Shown: positions 20,764-31,397, numbered from the whole stretch's first letter. The stretch: 63,869 nucleotides of DNA, filler included, from an uncultured Acidimicrobiia bacterium (GCA_964347285.1; 3 parts of 3 records of this genome joined end to end with filler, not necessarily neighbours in it); one strand, 5' to 3'. The notes: generated by a model not told the origin, from the sequence alone. Numbers and translations are program-made.

Positions 20764-22839
20764 CTAACCCCCGTCCAGGGACACCACCACGTCGCCCTCC
20801 AGATCGGTTCGGCGGACCGCGGCCCCGGCCTCCTCCAGAATCCCCATCACCTCCGGCGCCGGATGTCCGAAAGAATTGGGGCCGACGCTGATCACCGCGA
20901 CCTCCCCGGCGTTGGCCTCCAACCATTCCGGGTCGCTGGTGGCCCCGCCCTGGTGGGGCACCTTGAGCACGGAGGCCTCGATCGGGCCCAGTTCCCGCTG
21001 GGCTATCGCCTCGATGTCCCCCGCAAACAGCACGGCCCCCCCTGCAGCCCGGGCCACCAACACCAGCGACTCGTCGTTGGGTGAGGCGTAGCGCCGGAGT
21101 GGGCCGAGCACCTCCAGGTGGAAGGCGCCCACCCGGGCCGCCCAGCCGACGGCCGGCGACTCCACCGCGATGTCGCGTTCTGCGGCGAGGGCCGCCAGCT
21201 CGTCCAGCAGCTCCCCCGGCGCAGGCCGCGGCGTCCACAGCCGGCCCACCGGCACCGCCTCGATGGCACCGAGGAGCCCGGTGACGTGATCGGCGTGACC
21301 ATGCGAGGCCACCATGAGGTCGACGCGACGGACACCATGACGGCGGAGGGCCTCCCTCAGCACGGCGGCGTCGGGGCCACCGTCGATCAGCACGGTTTCG
21401 CCGTCCGGACCCTGCAACAGGGCGGCATCACCCTGACCGACGTCGAGAAAGATCGCCCGGGGCCCACCGGGAGGGCCGGCCGGCATCGCCACGACGGCGA
21501 CGATCAGGGCGGCTGCGGCCAGCGCCATGATCGGCCGCAGACCGCGCCGCAGGGCCGCCGCTCCACCGGCGGCCAGTGCGGCGGCGCCACTCCAGCCAAG
21601 CTGGGGCCAATCCCCGGCCACCCGGGCAATGCCGAGGACCACCGACGCCAGACCCACGCCGGTAGCGGTGAGCACGTCCAATCCGGTGATAACGCCCAGG
21701 CCGCCGGCAGACGTGGACAGCACCACGACCGGGGCGGCGGCAACGTTGGCCACCGGGGCCAGCAGCGGCACCGCACCGAAATGGAGAAGCAGGAGCGGCG
21801 CCACCGCCGCCTGGGCGGACAGCGTGGCGGTCATCGCCGTCCATGCCCATCGGGGGCGGCGCCTGCCGGCCAGGCGGGCCCCGGCCAGCACCCCGGCCGT
21901 GGCCGCCACCGACAACTGGAAGCCCACGTCACTGCCCAGCTCCGGAGACACCAGTAGCGACAGCGTCACCGCGCCCCCCAGAGCGGTCCACGCATCGACC
22001 GGCACGCCGATCAGCCGTCCCCCCAACGCCAGCCCGGCCATCACCGCCGCCCGCACCACCGACGGCTCCCACCGGGTGGCGACCACGAACACGACCAGGC
22101 CGGCCAGGCCCACCAGGGCTCGGCGCCGGGCACCGAAGGCCAGAGGCCCCATGGCCAGCCACCAGGCCGTGAGGAACAGGGCCACGTTGCTGCCCGACAC
22201 CGCCACAAAGTGGCTGAGTCCAGAGCGTCGCAACGCCTCGGTGGCGCGATCGGGAAGATCCTCGACATCCCCGATGAGGAACCCCTGCAGCAGCACGGCC
22301 GGGGCAGCACCCCGGTAGTCGACAAGGCCCACCTGCACCCGGCGCCGGAGCCAGTTGCCGATCCTGAAGGCGGGGTCGGCGGCCGGCTCGATGCCGTCCA
22401 CCCCGACGGCCACGACCGTTCCGGCCACCGGGTCGCCCCGGCGGAAACCGGGGTGGTGCCGAAAGGTGCCGGTGACCGCGACGAGGTCGCCGGCGACCGC
22501 CGCCGGCTTCTCCCCGACCACCACTTCCACACGGGGGCCGTCCCAGGGGCGCCATTCACTGCCGTCGGCCAGGTGGCTCGGACGGAGCAGGAACCGGAAC
22601 GAACCCGGAGCGGTCGCCGGATCGGAGAGCACCCTTCCCGCAACGGTGTGATCTCCCGTCGGGATGACCGCTTCCAGCGTGGCCCGGCGCCGGTCGGCTC
22701 CGAAGAGCCCGGCGAGGGCGGCGAGGGCCACGAGGGCGCTGGCCGCAGCCATCCGGGGACGCCGTGACACCGCCCAGACCAGGGCGGATGCCAGCGCTCC
22801 GATCGGCGCCCACGGTCCCAGCAGCCCGGCCGTTCCCAC
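20764..22839 (-). CDS. comEC: Competence protein ComEC/Rec2 with metallo-beta-lactamase domain
   Basis: SGLSHFVAVSGSN, GFQLS, FLDVGQGDA, SHGHADH, NSFGHP. The start may extend to a CTG at 22911 overlapping the comEA stop. Confidence 0.92.
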   Translation of the reverse strand: MGTAGLLGPWAPIGALASALVWAVSRRPRMAAASALVALAALAGLFGADRRRATLEAVIPTGDHTVAGRVLSDPATAPGSFRFLLRPSHLADGSEWRPWDGPRVEVVVGEKPAAVAGDLVAVTGTFRHHPGFRRGDPVAGTVVAVGVDGIEPAADPAFRIGNWLRRRVQVGLVDYRGAAPAVLLQGFLIGDVEDLPDRATEALRRSGLSHFVAVSGSNVALFLTAWWLAMGPLAFGARRRALVGLAGLVVFVVATRWEPSVVRAAVMAGLALGGRLIGVPVDAWTALGGAVTLSLLVSPELGSDVGFQLSVAATAGVLAGARLAGRRRPRWAWTAMTATLSAQAAVAPLLLLHFGAVPLLAPVANVAAAPVVVLSTSAGGLGVITGLDVLTATGVGLASVVLGIARVAGDWPQLGWSGAAALAAGGAAALRRGLRPIMALAAAALIVAVVAMPAGPPGGPRAIFLDVGQGDAALLQGPDGETVLIDGGPDAAVLREALRRHGVRRVDLMVASHGHADHVTGLLGAIEAVPVGRLWTPRPAPGELLDELAALAAERDIAVESPAVGWAARVGAFHLEVLGPLRRYASPNDESLVLVARAAGGAVLFAGDIEAIAQRELGPIEASVLKVPHQGGATSDPEWLEANAGEVAVISVGPNSFGHPAPEVMGILEEAGAAVRRTDLEGDVVVSLDGG

Positions 22840-22907
22840 CCCGGCCCACGTCAGGGCGGCGACGGCGACGGCCGGGCGGCCCGGGCCGCGTGGGAGGGCG
22901 AGCCGAA

Positions 22908-23456
22908 TCAGGGGACGACTACGTCGGGGCGCAGCGCCGCCAGCTTCGCCTCACCGATTCCCGGCACGTCGAGGAGATCCTCCACCTCGACGAACCGACC
23001 GTGCTCCTCGCGATAGGCGACGATGCGGGCGGCCAGCACCGGACCGACCCCGGCCAGTTCCTCCAATTCGGCCGGTGATGCCGTGTTGAGCCGGATCTTG
23101 CCCTGGCCGGTCGGCGCCGGGCCGGCGGGCTCGGCGCCTCGGAACGGGATCACGACGTGCCGGCCGTCGAACACCGGATCGGCCAGGTTGACACCCGACA
23201 ACTCGGCTCCGGGAAGCACTCCCCCGACCCCGGCAATGGCATCGGCCACCCGGGCGCCGGCGGCGAGCTCGACGAGGCCGGGCCGGGCCACGGCACCCGA
23301 GACGTGCACGGTGATGGACGCCTCACCATCGGCCGGCGCCGAAGGCGGGCGCTCGATGGCCACCGGCGGAGCCGGCGACGGACGCCCCCAGAACCAGGCT
23401 CCGGCCCCTGCGGCCAGAATTGCTATGCCGATCGCCGCCCAATGTGCGCGGTCCAT
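22908..23456 (-). CDS. comEA: Competence protein ComEA
   Basis: N-terminal TM, SLBB domain VHVSGAVARPGLV, HhH motifs GVGPVLA and GIGEAK. Confidence 0.92.
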   Translation of the reverse strand: MDRAHWAAIGIAILAAGAGAWFWGRPSPAPPVAIERPPSAPADGEASITVHVSGAVARPGLVELAAGARVADAIAGVGGVLPGAELSGVNLADPVFDGRHVVIPFRGAEPAGPAPTGQGKIRLNTASPAELEELAGVGPVLAARIVAYREEHGRFVEVEDLLDVPGIGEAKLAALRPDVVVP

Positions 23457-23529
23457 GGCCCCTCTCGGTCCGATGAGCCCGCGCCTTCCCGCTACATAGC
23501 AGCCCGAACGGTGGCGGGGAAGGGGGTCG

Positions 23530-24213
23530 TCAGCCTCCCAGGAGGAGCACGGCCGGCACGAGGTTGAAGCCCATGTGCAGCAGGATGGGACGGCTCAGGT
23601 CGGGGCCGCTGAGGGCGGCGAAGCCGAGGGCCAAGCCGACGATGAAGAGGGGAACCACCACGACCACGCTTTCGGGACCGGCCAGATGAAAGAGCGCAAA
23701 TGCCGCCGCCGACAGGGCGATCGCCGCGGCCCGCGGCATCCAGCGCAGTAGGGCCTGCAGCAACAACCCGCGAAAGACCGCTTCCTCGAGCACCGGCACG
23801 ACCACCACGGTGAGGAAGAACGCCAGCAGTGCAGCGCTCCCGGTCGCCTCGGCGGTGAGGCGAGCGATCTCCTGGGGCGCTTCCTCGAGATCGACGATGA
23901 GGAGCAACGCCAGGCTCAGCACGATCTGGAGGCCGATCCCGGCCGGGACCAGCCACCAGTCCGACCAGCGCAGCCTGATGCCCAGGTCGGCGACCGGGTG
24001 GCCGGTGGCCCGGAACCGGGTGACCAAGTACACGCCGAGGAACGTCCCGGCCTCTTGGGCCGGCAGCACCACCAGGAAGATCTCGGTGGTGGACGGCTCG
24101 GAGCCCAACGCCACGAACGCCACCGCCACCGCAATGAGGCCCATGAAGATGGCGAAGAGGGCGTCGAGGATCTTCCAGGGGGGACCGGCCGCCGCTTCGG
24201 CGGCATCGCTCAT
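23530..24213 (-). CDS. CPBP (CAAX/Abi) intramembrane metalloprotease
   Basis: EEAVFRG, FALFH, HMGFN motifs. Confidence 0.88.
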   Translation of the reverse strand: MSDAAEAAAGPPWKILDALFAIFMGLIAVAVAFVALGSEPSTTEIFLVVLPAQEAGTFLGVYLVTRFRATGHPVADLGIRLRWSDWWLVPAGIGLQIVLSLALLLIVDLEEAPQEIARLTAEATGSAALLAFFLTVVVVPVLEEAVFRGLLLQALLRWMPRAAAIALSAAAFALFHLAGPESVVVVVPLFIVGLALGFAALSGPDLSRPILLHMGFNLVPAVLLLGG

Positions 24214-24256
24214 TGCCCGGGGCCCCGGCGGCGCAACCGGCCCCGATGCGACCCGC

Positions 24257-26689
24257 TCACACCACTACGTTGACGAGCCGAGGGGGCCGGGCGATGACCC
24301 GCTCGGGTTGGCCCCCCTCCAAAAAGCGCTGCACCCGCTCCGAGGCCAGAGCCAGGGCGATCGCCTCGTCCGCCGTGATCGAGGCGCTCACGTCGACCCG
24401 GTCCCTGACCTTGCCGTTGACCTGGATCACCATCGTGACCGTCCCCTCTACCACCAGGGCCGGATCCCACCGGGGCCACGGCTGAGCGGCCAGCAACTCA
24501 TCGTGCCCGGTGTGCTCCCACAGCTCGTGGGAGATGTGCGGCGCCATCGGCGACAGCATCACCAACAGCAGCCCGATGACCTCGTCCCAGGTCTCCCGGC
24601 GGGCTCCGGCGCGCACGTAGTCCGCCAGCGTGTTGGAGAACTCCATCAATGCGGCCACCGCGGTGTTGAAGGCGAACTTCTCGATGTCCTCGGTGACCTT
24701 GCGCAGGGTGCGGTGGGCGGCGCGCCGCATCTCGAGGTCGTCGTCGGTCTCGTCCCGGTCGGTCGGTTGCCCGGTGTGCTCGGTGACGAGCCGCCAGACC
24801 CGATCGAGGAAACGAGCGGTGCCCTCGACGCCCCGATCGTTCCACACCGTCGAATCGGTCGGCGGCCCGATGAAGAGGTGATAGAGCCGCAGGGCATCGG
24901 CTCCGTGAGATTCGAAGAATTCGGCCGGAGTCACCACGTTGCCCTTGGACTTGGACATCTTGGCCCCGGCCAGGGTGATCATTCCCTGCGTGAACAGCCG
25001 GGAGAACGGCTCTTCGGCCTCCAAACGGCCCATGTCGTGCAACACCTTGGTGAAGAAGCGGGCATACAGCAGATGGAGGACGGCGTGTTCGACGCCGCCG
25101 ATGTACTGGTCGACCGGCATCCAGTAGTCGGCTCGGACTCTGTCGTACGGCTCTATCTCGTTGGCCGGATCGGTGAAGCGGAGGAAGTACCACGACGAGT
25201 CGACGAACGTGTCCATGGTGTCGGTCTCGCGGCGGGCCGGCCCGTCGCAATCGGGGCACGTTGTCTCGACGAACTCGGGCACGGCGGCCAGCGGCGACTG
25301 CCCCTTGGGGGCGTAGTCCTCGATGTCGGGAAGAAGCACCGGCAGGCGGTCCTCGGGGACCGGCACCGTGCCGCATTCGGGGCAGTAGACGATGGGAATC
25401 GGAGCCCCCCAATACCGCTGCCGGCTGATCAGCCAGTCGCGCAGGCGGTACTGGATCGCGGCCCGGCCGATGCCTTCCCGCTCCAGCCACTCGATGGTCT
25501 TGGCAACCGCGTCCTCCACGTAGAGGCCGTCCAGCCATTGGCTGTTGATGGCCGGACCATCGCCGACGTAGGCCTCTCCTTCGAAGCCGTCGGGGGGCTG
25601 GACGGTGCGGATGATCGGCAGGCCGTACGCTTCGGCGAAGTCCCAGTCACGCTGGTCCTGGCCGGGGACGGCCATGATCGCGCCGGTCCCGTAGCTCATC
25701 AGCACGTAGTCGGCCACGTAGATCGGCACCCCCTCGCCGGTGGCCGGATTGACGGCATGGGCCCCGATGAACAACCCCCGCTTCTCGCCCTCGGCCGACA
25801 TCCGCTCGATTTCGGTCTCCCGGGCCACCCGCCGTCGGAACTCCTCGGTGGGATCCTCGTAGGCCGTCCCCGCCACCAGCTCTGCCACCAGCGGATGCTC
25901 GGGGGCGAACACCGCGTAGGTCATGCCGAAGATCGTGTCGGGTCGTGTGGTGTAGACGGTGAAGCGCAGATCAGGCCGTCCGGCGATCTGCATCTCGAAC
26001 TCGGCTCCCTCCGAGCGGCCGATCCAGTTCTCCTGCATCAACCGCACCCGCTCCGGCCAGGCCCCCAGATCGGCGAGGTCGTCCAGCAACCGCTGGGCAT
26101 AGCCGGTGATCCGGAAGAACCACTGCTCCAGGTCGCGCTTCTCGACGGGGGTGTCGCACCGCTCGCAGAGGCCGTCGACGACCTGCTCGTTGGCCAGGAC
26201 GGTCTGGTCTTTGGGGCACCAGTTCACCGGAGCGGCCTTGCGATAGGCCAGCCCCCGATGAAAGAGCTGCAGGAACATCCACTGGCTCCAGCGGGTGTAC
26301 TCCGGCGAGTGGGCCGCCAGCTCCCGGTCCCAGTCGTAAGCCGCTCCCAGGCGCTTGATCTGATCCTTCATCGAGGTGATCGAGTCCTCGGTGGCCACTC
26401 TCGGGTGCAGGCCGCTCTCGATGGCGGCGTTCTCGGCCGGGAGGCCGAACGAGTCCCACCCCATGGGAGACAGGACGTTGAAGCCCCGCATGGTCTTGAA
26501 GCGGGTGAGCAGGTCGCCGTACGTGTAGTTGCGGACGTGGCCCATGTGCAGCTGGCCCGAGGGATAGGGGTACATGCACAGGTTGTAGAACTTGGGACGA
26601 GCCTGATCCTCGGCGGCATAGAAGAAGCGGTCCTTCTCCCACCGCTCCTGCCATTTGCGCTCGACGGCTCCGAAGTCGTAGGCCGACAT
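24257..26689 (-). CDS. leuS: Leucine-tRNA ligase
   Basis: [33 protein letters not shown] at 26689. Confidence 0.97.
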   Translation of the reverse strand: MSAYDFGAVERKWQERWEKDRFFYAAEDQARPKFYNLCMYPYPSGQLHMGHVRNYTYGDLLTRFKTMRGFNVLSPMGWDSFGLPAENAAIESGLHPRVATEDSITSMKDQIKRLGAAYDWDRELAAHSPEYTRWSQWMFLQLFHRGLAYRKAAPVNWCPKDQTVLANEQVVDGLCERCDTPVEKRDLEQWFFRITGYAQRLLDDLADLGAWPERVRLMQENWIGRSEGAEFEMQIAGRPDLRFTVYTTRPDTIFGMTYAVFAPEHPLVAELVAGTAYEDPTEEFRRRVARETEIERMSAEGEKRGLFIGAHAVNPATGEGVPIYVADYVLMSYGTGAIMAVPGQDQRDWDFAEAYGLPIIRTVQPPDGFEGEAYVGDGPAINSQWLDGLYVEDAVAKTIEWLEREGIGRAAIQYRLRDWLISRQRYWGAPIPIVYCPECGTVPVPEDRLPVLLPDIEDYAPKGQSPLAAVPEFVETTCPDCDGPARRETDTMDTFVDSSWYFLRFTDPANEIEPYDRVRADYWMPVDQYIGGVEHAVLHLLYARFFTKVLHDMGRLEAEEPFSRLFTQGMITLAGAKMSKSKGNVVTPAEFFESHGADALRLYHLFIGPPTDSTVWNDRGVEGTARFLDRVWRLVTEHTGQPTDRDETDDDLEMRRAAHRTLRKVTEDIEKFAFNTAVAALMEFSNTLADYVRAGARRETWDEVIGLLLVMLSPMAPHISHELWEHTGHDELLAAQPWPRWDPALVVEGTVTMVIQVNGKVRDRVDVSASITADEAIALALASERVQRFLEGGQPERVIARPPRLVNVVV

Positions 26690-26827
26690 GAGGTGCGAAG
26701 GGTAGAGGAGTTCCCGACCGGTGCCGGGCACCGCCGGCACGTCGTCTCCAGGATTCCACGAGCCCCGCAGGAAGCCAAGAGGATACGAAAGAAACGGCGA
26801 TCTCTTGCCCCTGGCCAAGGACCTCGA

Positions 26828-27256
26828 CGCTCCGGTGGCAACGACTACATCGAAGGCTTGAGCGGGCAGGATGTCATTTGCAGCGGCTCCGGCAACGACG
26901 AGATCGTGGCCGGGAACGGCGAGGACGTGGTCCTCGGCGGCACCGGCAGGGACACAATCGCCGGCGGGAATGGGCCAGACGCGCTCGATGGTGGCTCGGG
27001 CCGTGACGTCATCAGCGGCGGCAACGGTGACGACCGCCTGCTCGGTGGGAATCACGCCGACACGCTGGAGGGCGGAAAGGGTGATGACATCCTCGACGGC
27101 GGCGATGCCACCGACGGCTGCGACGGCGGGCGAGGGACCGACGCGGCCACGCCTACGAGCCCGAATCCGGCATTCCGCAGACAGGAGCCCGGCCGGGGCG
27201 AAACAGAGATCGAGGGGCCCGTGCCCGGTAGGCAACGTCATCATCTCGACCCATAG
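26828..27256 (+). pseudogene. Orphan hemolysin-type (RTX) calcium-binding repeat fragment
   Basis: About 12 GGxGxD-type nonapeptides ([36 protein letters not shown]) with no credible start or N-terminal domain. Confidence 0.7.
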
Positions 27257-27394
27257 CGCAACATGTCGGGATGAGGATCGAGCACACCATCCCGATCCCC
27301 TGACACCCGACGCCGGGCCCGGGTTCCGGTCGGGCCTTCGGACCCTGGTAGCCGTCGTCGCCGGCGGCAATGATGATCCCGAGGAGGTTCGACG

Positions 27395-28765
27395 GTGAGG
27401 CGACTCACCACAGCCCTCACTGCCACGCTGCTGATGGCCGGCTGCGCCGGCGACCCCGGTCCGGATGCTTCAGGCACTGCACCGTCGGTGACCGCCGCAG
27501 TGGCCACCGCGGCCCCAACCACCGCGGCGACCGAGCGGGAACCGGCAACGTCCTCCGCCATGAGCGCAGGCACGGCGGAGTATCTGGAGAACTTCGAGTT
27601 CGTCTGGGCGACCATCAACGAGGAGTTCTACGACCCCGACTTCGGTGGAGTCGACTGGGACGCAGTCCGCGACCGGTATCTCCCCGAAGTCGGCACCGTC
27701 GACAGCGACCGAGCGTTCCTCGAGATGGTCAACAGGATGCTCTTCGAGCTGGGCGTATCACACCTGTTCGTCGTGCCGGCCGATGTGAGCTTCGTCGATC
27801 CGGCCCTCACCATCGAAGGGGAGTTGGGCATCCATGTCCGGATCCTGGACGGACAATGGGTCATCACGGCCGTCGAGCCGAACTCCTCTGCCGCAGAAGC
27901 GGGGCTGCGCCCCGGCTACCTGCTGGACAGCATCGCCGGGCAGAGCGTCGCCGATATCGCAGCGTCGTGGCCCCCGATGCCGCCGTTGCACGAGCGGGGC
28001 GTGCGCAGCAGCCAGATTCTCGCAGTCGAAGAGGCGCTCTACGGGGAGCCGGGTGCCGTCTCCACCATCGGCTACCGCGACGGAGCCGACCAACCCCGGC
28101 AGGTGACCCTGACGTTCCGGCACCGGGGATCGAGCATGGAGCTCATCCCCGGGTTCCCGCCCGTGTTCACCACCCTGGAGGTGGAGCGCCTCGAGGGCGG
28201 CATCGGGTACATCGCATTCGATCCCTTTGCCCCCGGACTAGCAGCGCCAATCCGGGATGCCATCGATGCGATGCGGGACGCTCCCGGCCTGATTTTCGAC
28301 GTACGCGGTAACCACGGGGGCAACACCGACGTCGGCAAGCAGCTGATCGAGAAGCTCGTCGACGCCCCAACGTTGATCTGGACATGGAGGAACAGAGACG
28401 GTGCCGGCGACGCCTACGCCGATCCTGCCCAAGATCCCTACGAAGGTCCGGTCGCCGTGTTGGTCGACGTCATCAGTACTTCGGCGGCCGAATCGTTCTC
28501 CGGCGGCATCCAAGCCGTTGGACGGGCAGTCATCGTGGGAGAACGCACTGCCGGGCGGCTCTTGGGCGGTGAGATCGCCGAGCTCCCCATGGGGGCCCTC
28601 ATGATCTATCCGATCACAGAGCCGGTCACTGCGGACGGAAACGTCGTGGAGGGTCGCGGTGTGATACCCGACCTTCCCGTCACCGTCGACCGCTGGGATC
28701 TGCTGGCGGGAATCGACTCGCCTCTGCAAGCCGCCATCGACCATCTCCTGTCGGTCGAGCGCTGA
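27395..28765 (+). CDS. S41 family peptidase lipoprotein with PDZ domain
   Basis: Lipobox [30 protein letters not shown]. Confidence 0.9.
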   Translation: MRRLTTALTATLLMAGCAGDPGPDASGTAPSVTAAVATAAPTTAATEREPATSSAMSAGTAEYLENFEFVWATINEEFYDPDFGGVDWDAVRDRYLPEVGTVDSDRAFLEMVNRMLFELGVSHLFVVPADVSFVDPALTIEGELGIHVRILDGQWVITAVEPNSSAAEAGLRPGYLLDSIAGQSVADIAASWPPMPPLHERGVRSSQILAVEEALYGEPGAVSTIGYRDGADQPRQVTLTFRHRGSSMELIPGFPPVFTTLEVERLEGGIGYIAFDPFAPGLAAPIRDAIDAMRDAPGLIFDVRGNHGGNTDVGKQLIEKLVDAPTLIWTWRNRDGAGDAYADPAQDPYEGPVAVLVDVISTSAAESFSGGIQAVGRAVIVGERTAGRLLGGEIAELPMGALMIYPITEPVTADGNVVEGRGVIPDLPVTVDRWDLLAGIDSPLQAAIDHLLSVER

Positions 28766-28951
28766 CCGGCGCAAACCTGCTCGAACCCGGGGCTCAGATC
28801 GTTCCGCTCGATCCCCGAAACGGCGGAATCCCCAGCAATCGGAGAGATCTCGCGGGGTGGAGCCGAGAGGACGTTCGTGTCTCCTGCTCTTCGCCTGACG
28901 GCTCATCGCCTTCAGGATTTCGAATGCCTCACGGAGACCGGGAGAGCACAG

Positions 28952-28981
28952 GAGAGAGGGCCCCCGGAGGGGCCCTCTCTC
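28952..28981. terminator. GC-rich hairpin, probable intrinsic terminator
   Basis: GAGAGAGGGCCC-N6-GGGCCCTCTCTC perfect 12-bp stem. Confidence 0.65.
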
Positions 28982-29032
28982 GTTCGTCTCGGTGCCGCCC
29001 CTCTAGCCCAGACCCCAGTGTCCCGAGATGGG

Positions 29033-29132
29033 NNNNNNNNNNNNNNNNNNNNNNNNNNNNNNNNNNNNNNNNNNNNTTAATTAATTAANNNNNNNNNNNN
29101 NNNNNNNNNNNNNNNNNNNNNNNNNNNNNNNN
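29033..29132. other. Artificial contig linker
   Basis: 100 nt of N containing TTAATTAATTAA. Confidence 0.98.
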
Positions 29133-29187
29133 CCCGCCGGGAGCCGGCAGGAAGTGCCCGGGGGAGGATTCGAACCTCCACGCTCCC
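29133..29187 (-). repeat. att-like direct repeat: 3' 33 nt of tRNA-Leu plus 22 nt of trailer
   Basis: Identical to 31290-31344 over 55 bp; runs to the contig end. Confidence 0.9.
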
Positions 29188-29547
29188 AACAAGGGCGCAT
29201 CGGTCCCGCCCAGCCCCGCTCGACGAGGAATCCGGTGCGGAGGGCCCGGCGCCGCAACCCGGTGATCGTCATCCCGGCAGAGGTCGTCATCGGGCCCGCC
29301 GTTGCCGTTTCGGGATCCAACCTCGGCCGGGCCTTTGTGGCGCCGTCGGGCCCCGTTCGGGGCAAAGGTCGCGAAAAGAATTCGCACCCTGCCACCGCCG
29401 ATGAACGCGCAGCGTGCTAGAACGACCCGTGGCCGGCAGCGCGGCACGGTATCCCTCGAGATTGGAGCGTGCTCTGCATGCCACCGGCCAGTGAGAGGGG
29501 GACGCAGACGCGTCTTCAAAGCGAGGAGAAACGAGGACCATCGTTCC

Positions 29548-31032
29548 ATGAGAAGAACCACAGCACTTTCGCTGGCCGTGGTGGTGAGCTTGCTCGCCGG
29601 GCTGGCGGTGAGCCCGGTCGCCACTGGAGCGGTGCCGGTAGACACCAGTGCCTTGCGCGAAGCGGTCACGGTTGAGGGCGTCCGTTTTCACCAGGCGGCG
29701 TTCCAGGCCATCGCCGACGCCCACGACGGCACCCGGTTCTCCAGTTCGCCGGGCTACGACGCATCGGCGGACTACGTCCAGGACCAGCTGCTGGCCGCCG
29801 GCTACAACGTCACCATCCAGCCCTTCGAGTTCCCGTTCTTCCAGGAAGAGGAACCGGCCGAACTCGAACAGGTCGCCCCCAACCCGACGGTCTACCCCTA
29901 CTTCGACGTGGCCGGATTCGCCACGATGGAGTACTCGGGCAGCGGCGACGTGACGGCAACCGCCGAGGGAGTGGATCTCGTCCTGCCTCCCGGGGCGGCG
30001 GCCAACACGTCGACCAGCGGTTGCGAAGCATCGGACTTCGCCGGCTTCAGTCCGGGGAACATCGCCATCATTCAGCGGGGAACCTGCACCTTTGCGTTGA
30101 AGGCGCAGAACGCCGAGGCGGCCGGAGCCGTGGGCGTGGTCATCTTCAACGAGGGGCAGGAGGGCCGCACCGCCGCCTTCCTGGGCACCCTCGGTGGGCC
30201 CGGCGCCACCGTCCCCGTGGTCGGCGCCGCGTTCGACGTGGGCGTGGAGCTGGCCGCAGGCGGAGTGGAAGTCCGCATGTTCGTGAACGCGACGTCGGAG
30301 ATCCGCGGTACGAGCAACGTCATCGCCGACACGCCGGGCGGACGCACCGATCGCGTCGTCGTCGTCGGCGCCCACCTCGACTCGGTGCCTGCAGGCCCGG
30401 GCATCCAGGACAACGGCAGCGGCTCGGCGGCCATCCTGGAGATCGCCTTGCAGATGGCGGAACTCGGAATCGAACCCCGCAACCAGGTGCGGTTCGCCTG
30501 GTGGGGCGCGGAGGAATCTGGGCTCCTGGGATCCCAGTTCTACGTCGACAACCTCAGCAAGCGCGACATCAAGGACATCGCGCTGAACCTGAACTTCGAC
30601 ATGATCGGTTCGCCGAACTTCGTGCGCTTCGTGTACGACGGCGACGGCTCGGCCACCCCGCTGGCGGGTCCGAACGGCTCGGCGGTCATCGAGGACGTGT
30701 TCCTCGACTACTTCGCCTACGGCCCGTTCATCGCCGTGGGAATCCCCGCCGGTGGGTTGTTCACCGGCGCCGAGGGGATCAAGACCGAAGAGCAGGCGGC
30801 GGTGTACGGAGGTACGGCAGGTGAACAATACGACCCCTGCTACCACCTGGCGTGCGACACCTTCGACAACATCAGCATGGAGGCGCTCGACCAGATGTCG
30901 GACGCCACAGCCCATGCGGTATTGACGTTCGCCATGACGACGTCGTCGGTGAACGGCACCGACAAGGGCAACGACAAGGCGACGAAGTCCCTCGAGGAAC
31001 TCGAGTTCAAGGGCTCCGCCGCCCAGAAGTAG
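29548..31032 (+). CDS. Secreted M28 aminopeptidase with PA domain, apparent internal in-frame deletion
   Basis: Signal peptide, IQRGTCTF PA domain, AHLDS, QDNGSG, AEESG, NFDMIG, CYH. The DGRSD-type segment is missing. Confidence 0.9.
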   Translation: MRRTTALSLAVVVSLLAGLAVSPVATGAVPVDTSALREAVTVEGVRFHQAAFQAIADAHDGTRFSSSPGYDASADYVQDQLLAAGYNVTIQPFEFPFFQEEEPAELEQVAPNPTVYPYFDVAGFATMEYSGSGDVTATAEGVDLVLPPGAAANTSTSGCEASDFAGFSPGNIAIIQRGTCTFALKAQNAEAAGAVGVVIFNEGQEGRTAAFLGTLGGPGATVPVVGAAFDVGVELAAGGVEVRMFVNATSEIRGTSNVIADTPGGRTDRVVVVGAHLDSVPAGPGIQDNGSGSAAILEIALQMAELGIEPRNQVRFAWWGAEESGLLGSQFYVDNLSKRDIKDIALNLNFDMIGSPNFVRFVYDGDGSATPLAGPNGSAVIEDVFLDYFAYGPFIAVGIPAGGLFTGAEGIKTEEQAAVYGGTAGEQYDPCYHLACDTFDNISMEALDQMSDATAHAVLTFAMTTSSVNGTDKGNDKATKSLEELEFKGSAAQK

Positions 31033-31052
31033 CAAAACCGACCGTCGACTGC

Positions 31053-31080
31053 GAGGAGGCGGCCTTGGGGCCGCCTCCTC
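31053..31080 (+). terminator. Hairpin downstream of the M28 peptidase
   Basis: GAGGAGGCGGCC-TTGG-GGCCGCCTCCTC. Confidence 0.65.
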
Positions 31081-31311
31081 CGCGGGTGGGCCGGTCCCCG
31101 AGTACCGTTTACGGGGCGGCGTGCCGGGGGGCAGTGCCGAGCGTCGGCTCGACAGGTGGAGACGCCCGCTGCGACCGGTTCGACGGGGCAACCTCCGGCC
31201 GTGAGGAGGCCTTCAACCTTCCGGGCCGGAACCTCTTCCGGGATCAGGGGAAACTGGCCCACCAGCACCGGCGGCTCATCGGACCGTAGCCCGCCGGGAG
31301 CCGGCAGGAAG

Positions 31312-31397
31312 TGCCCGGGGGAGGATTCGAACCTCCACGCTCCCTGAGGAGCAGCGGATTTTAAGTCCGCCACGTCTACCAGTTTCGTCACCCGGGC
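31312..31397 (-). tRNA. tRNA-Leu (TAA), bldA-type
   Basis: GCCCGGG/CCCGGGC acceptor stem, GCGGA-CTTAAAA-TCCGC anticodon arm, long variable arm, GGTTCGAATCC T arm; CCA not encoded. Confidence 0.95.

Noticed and set aside
23810..26827. 1148-aa plus-strand ORF and other long antisense ORFs (e.g. 6-860, 33364-34749)
   Set aside because: Shadow frames of real genes caused by high-GC codon bias; only the RTX part after 26828 has protein-like signal.
26690..26830. T-box riboswitch upstream of leuS (also glyQS, metG)
   Set aside because: No T-box consensus; a -10 hexamer sits about 9 nt from each start.
29033..29132. TTAATTAATTAA palindrome within N runs (also 56854-56953)
   Set aside because: Artificial all-frame-stop contig linker; adjacency across it is not biological.
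29133..29187. Second tRNA-Leu gene
   Set aside because: Only the 3' 33 nt are present; no D arm or anticodon arm.
14208..31397. BldD plus bldA-type tRNA as evidence of Streptomyces-like sporulation
   Set aside because: tRNA-Leu(TAA) is near universal, BldD occurs outside sporulating taxa, no whi or ssg genes are in view, and the two are on different contigs.
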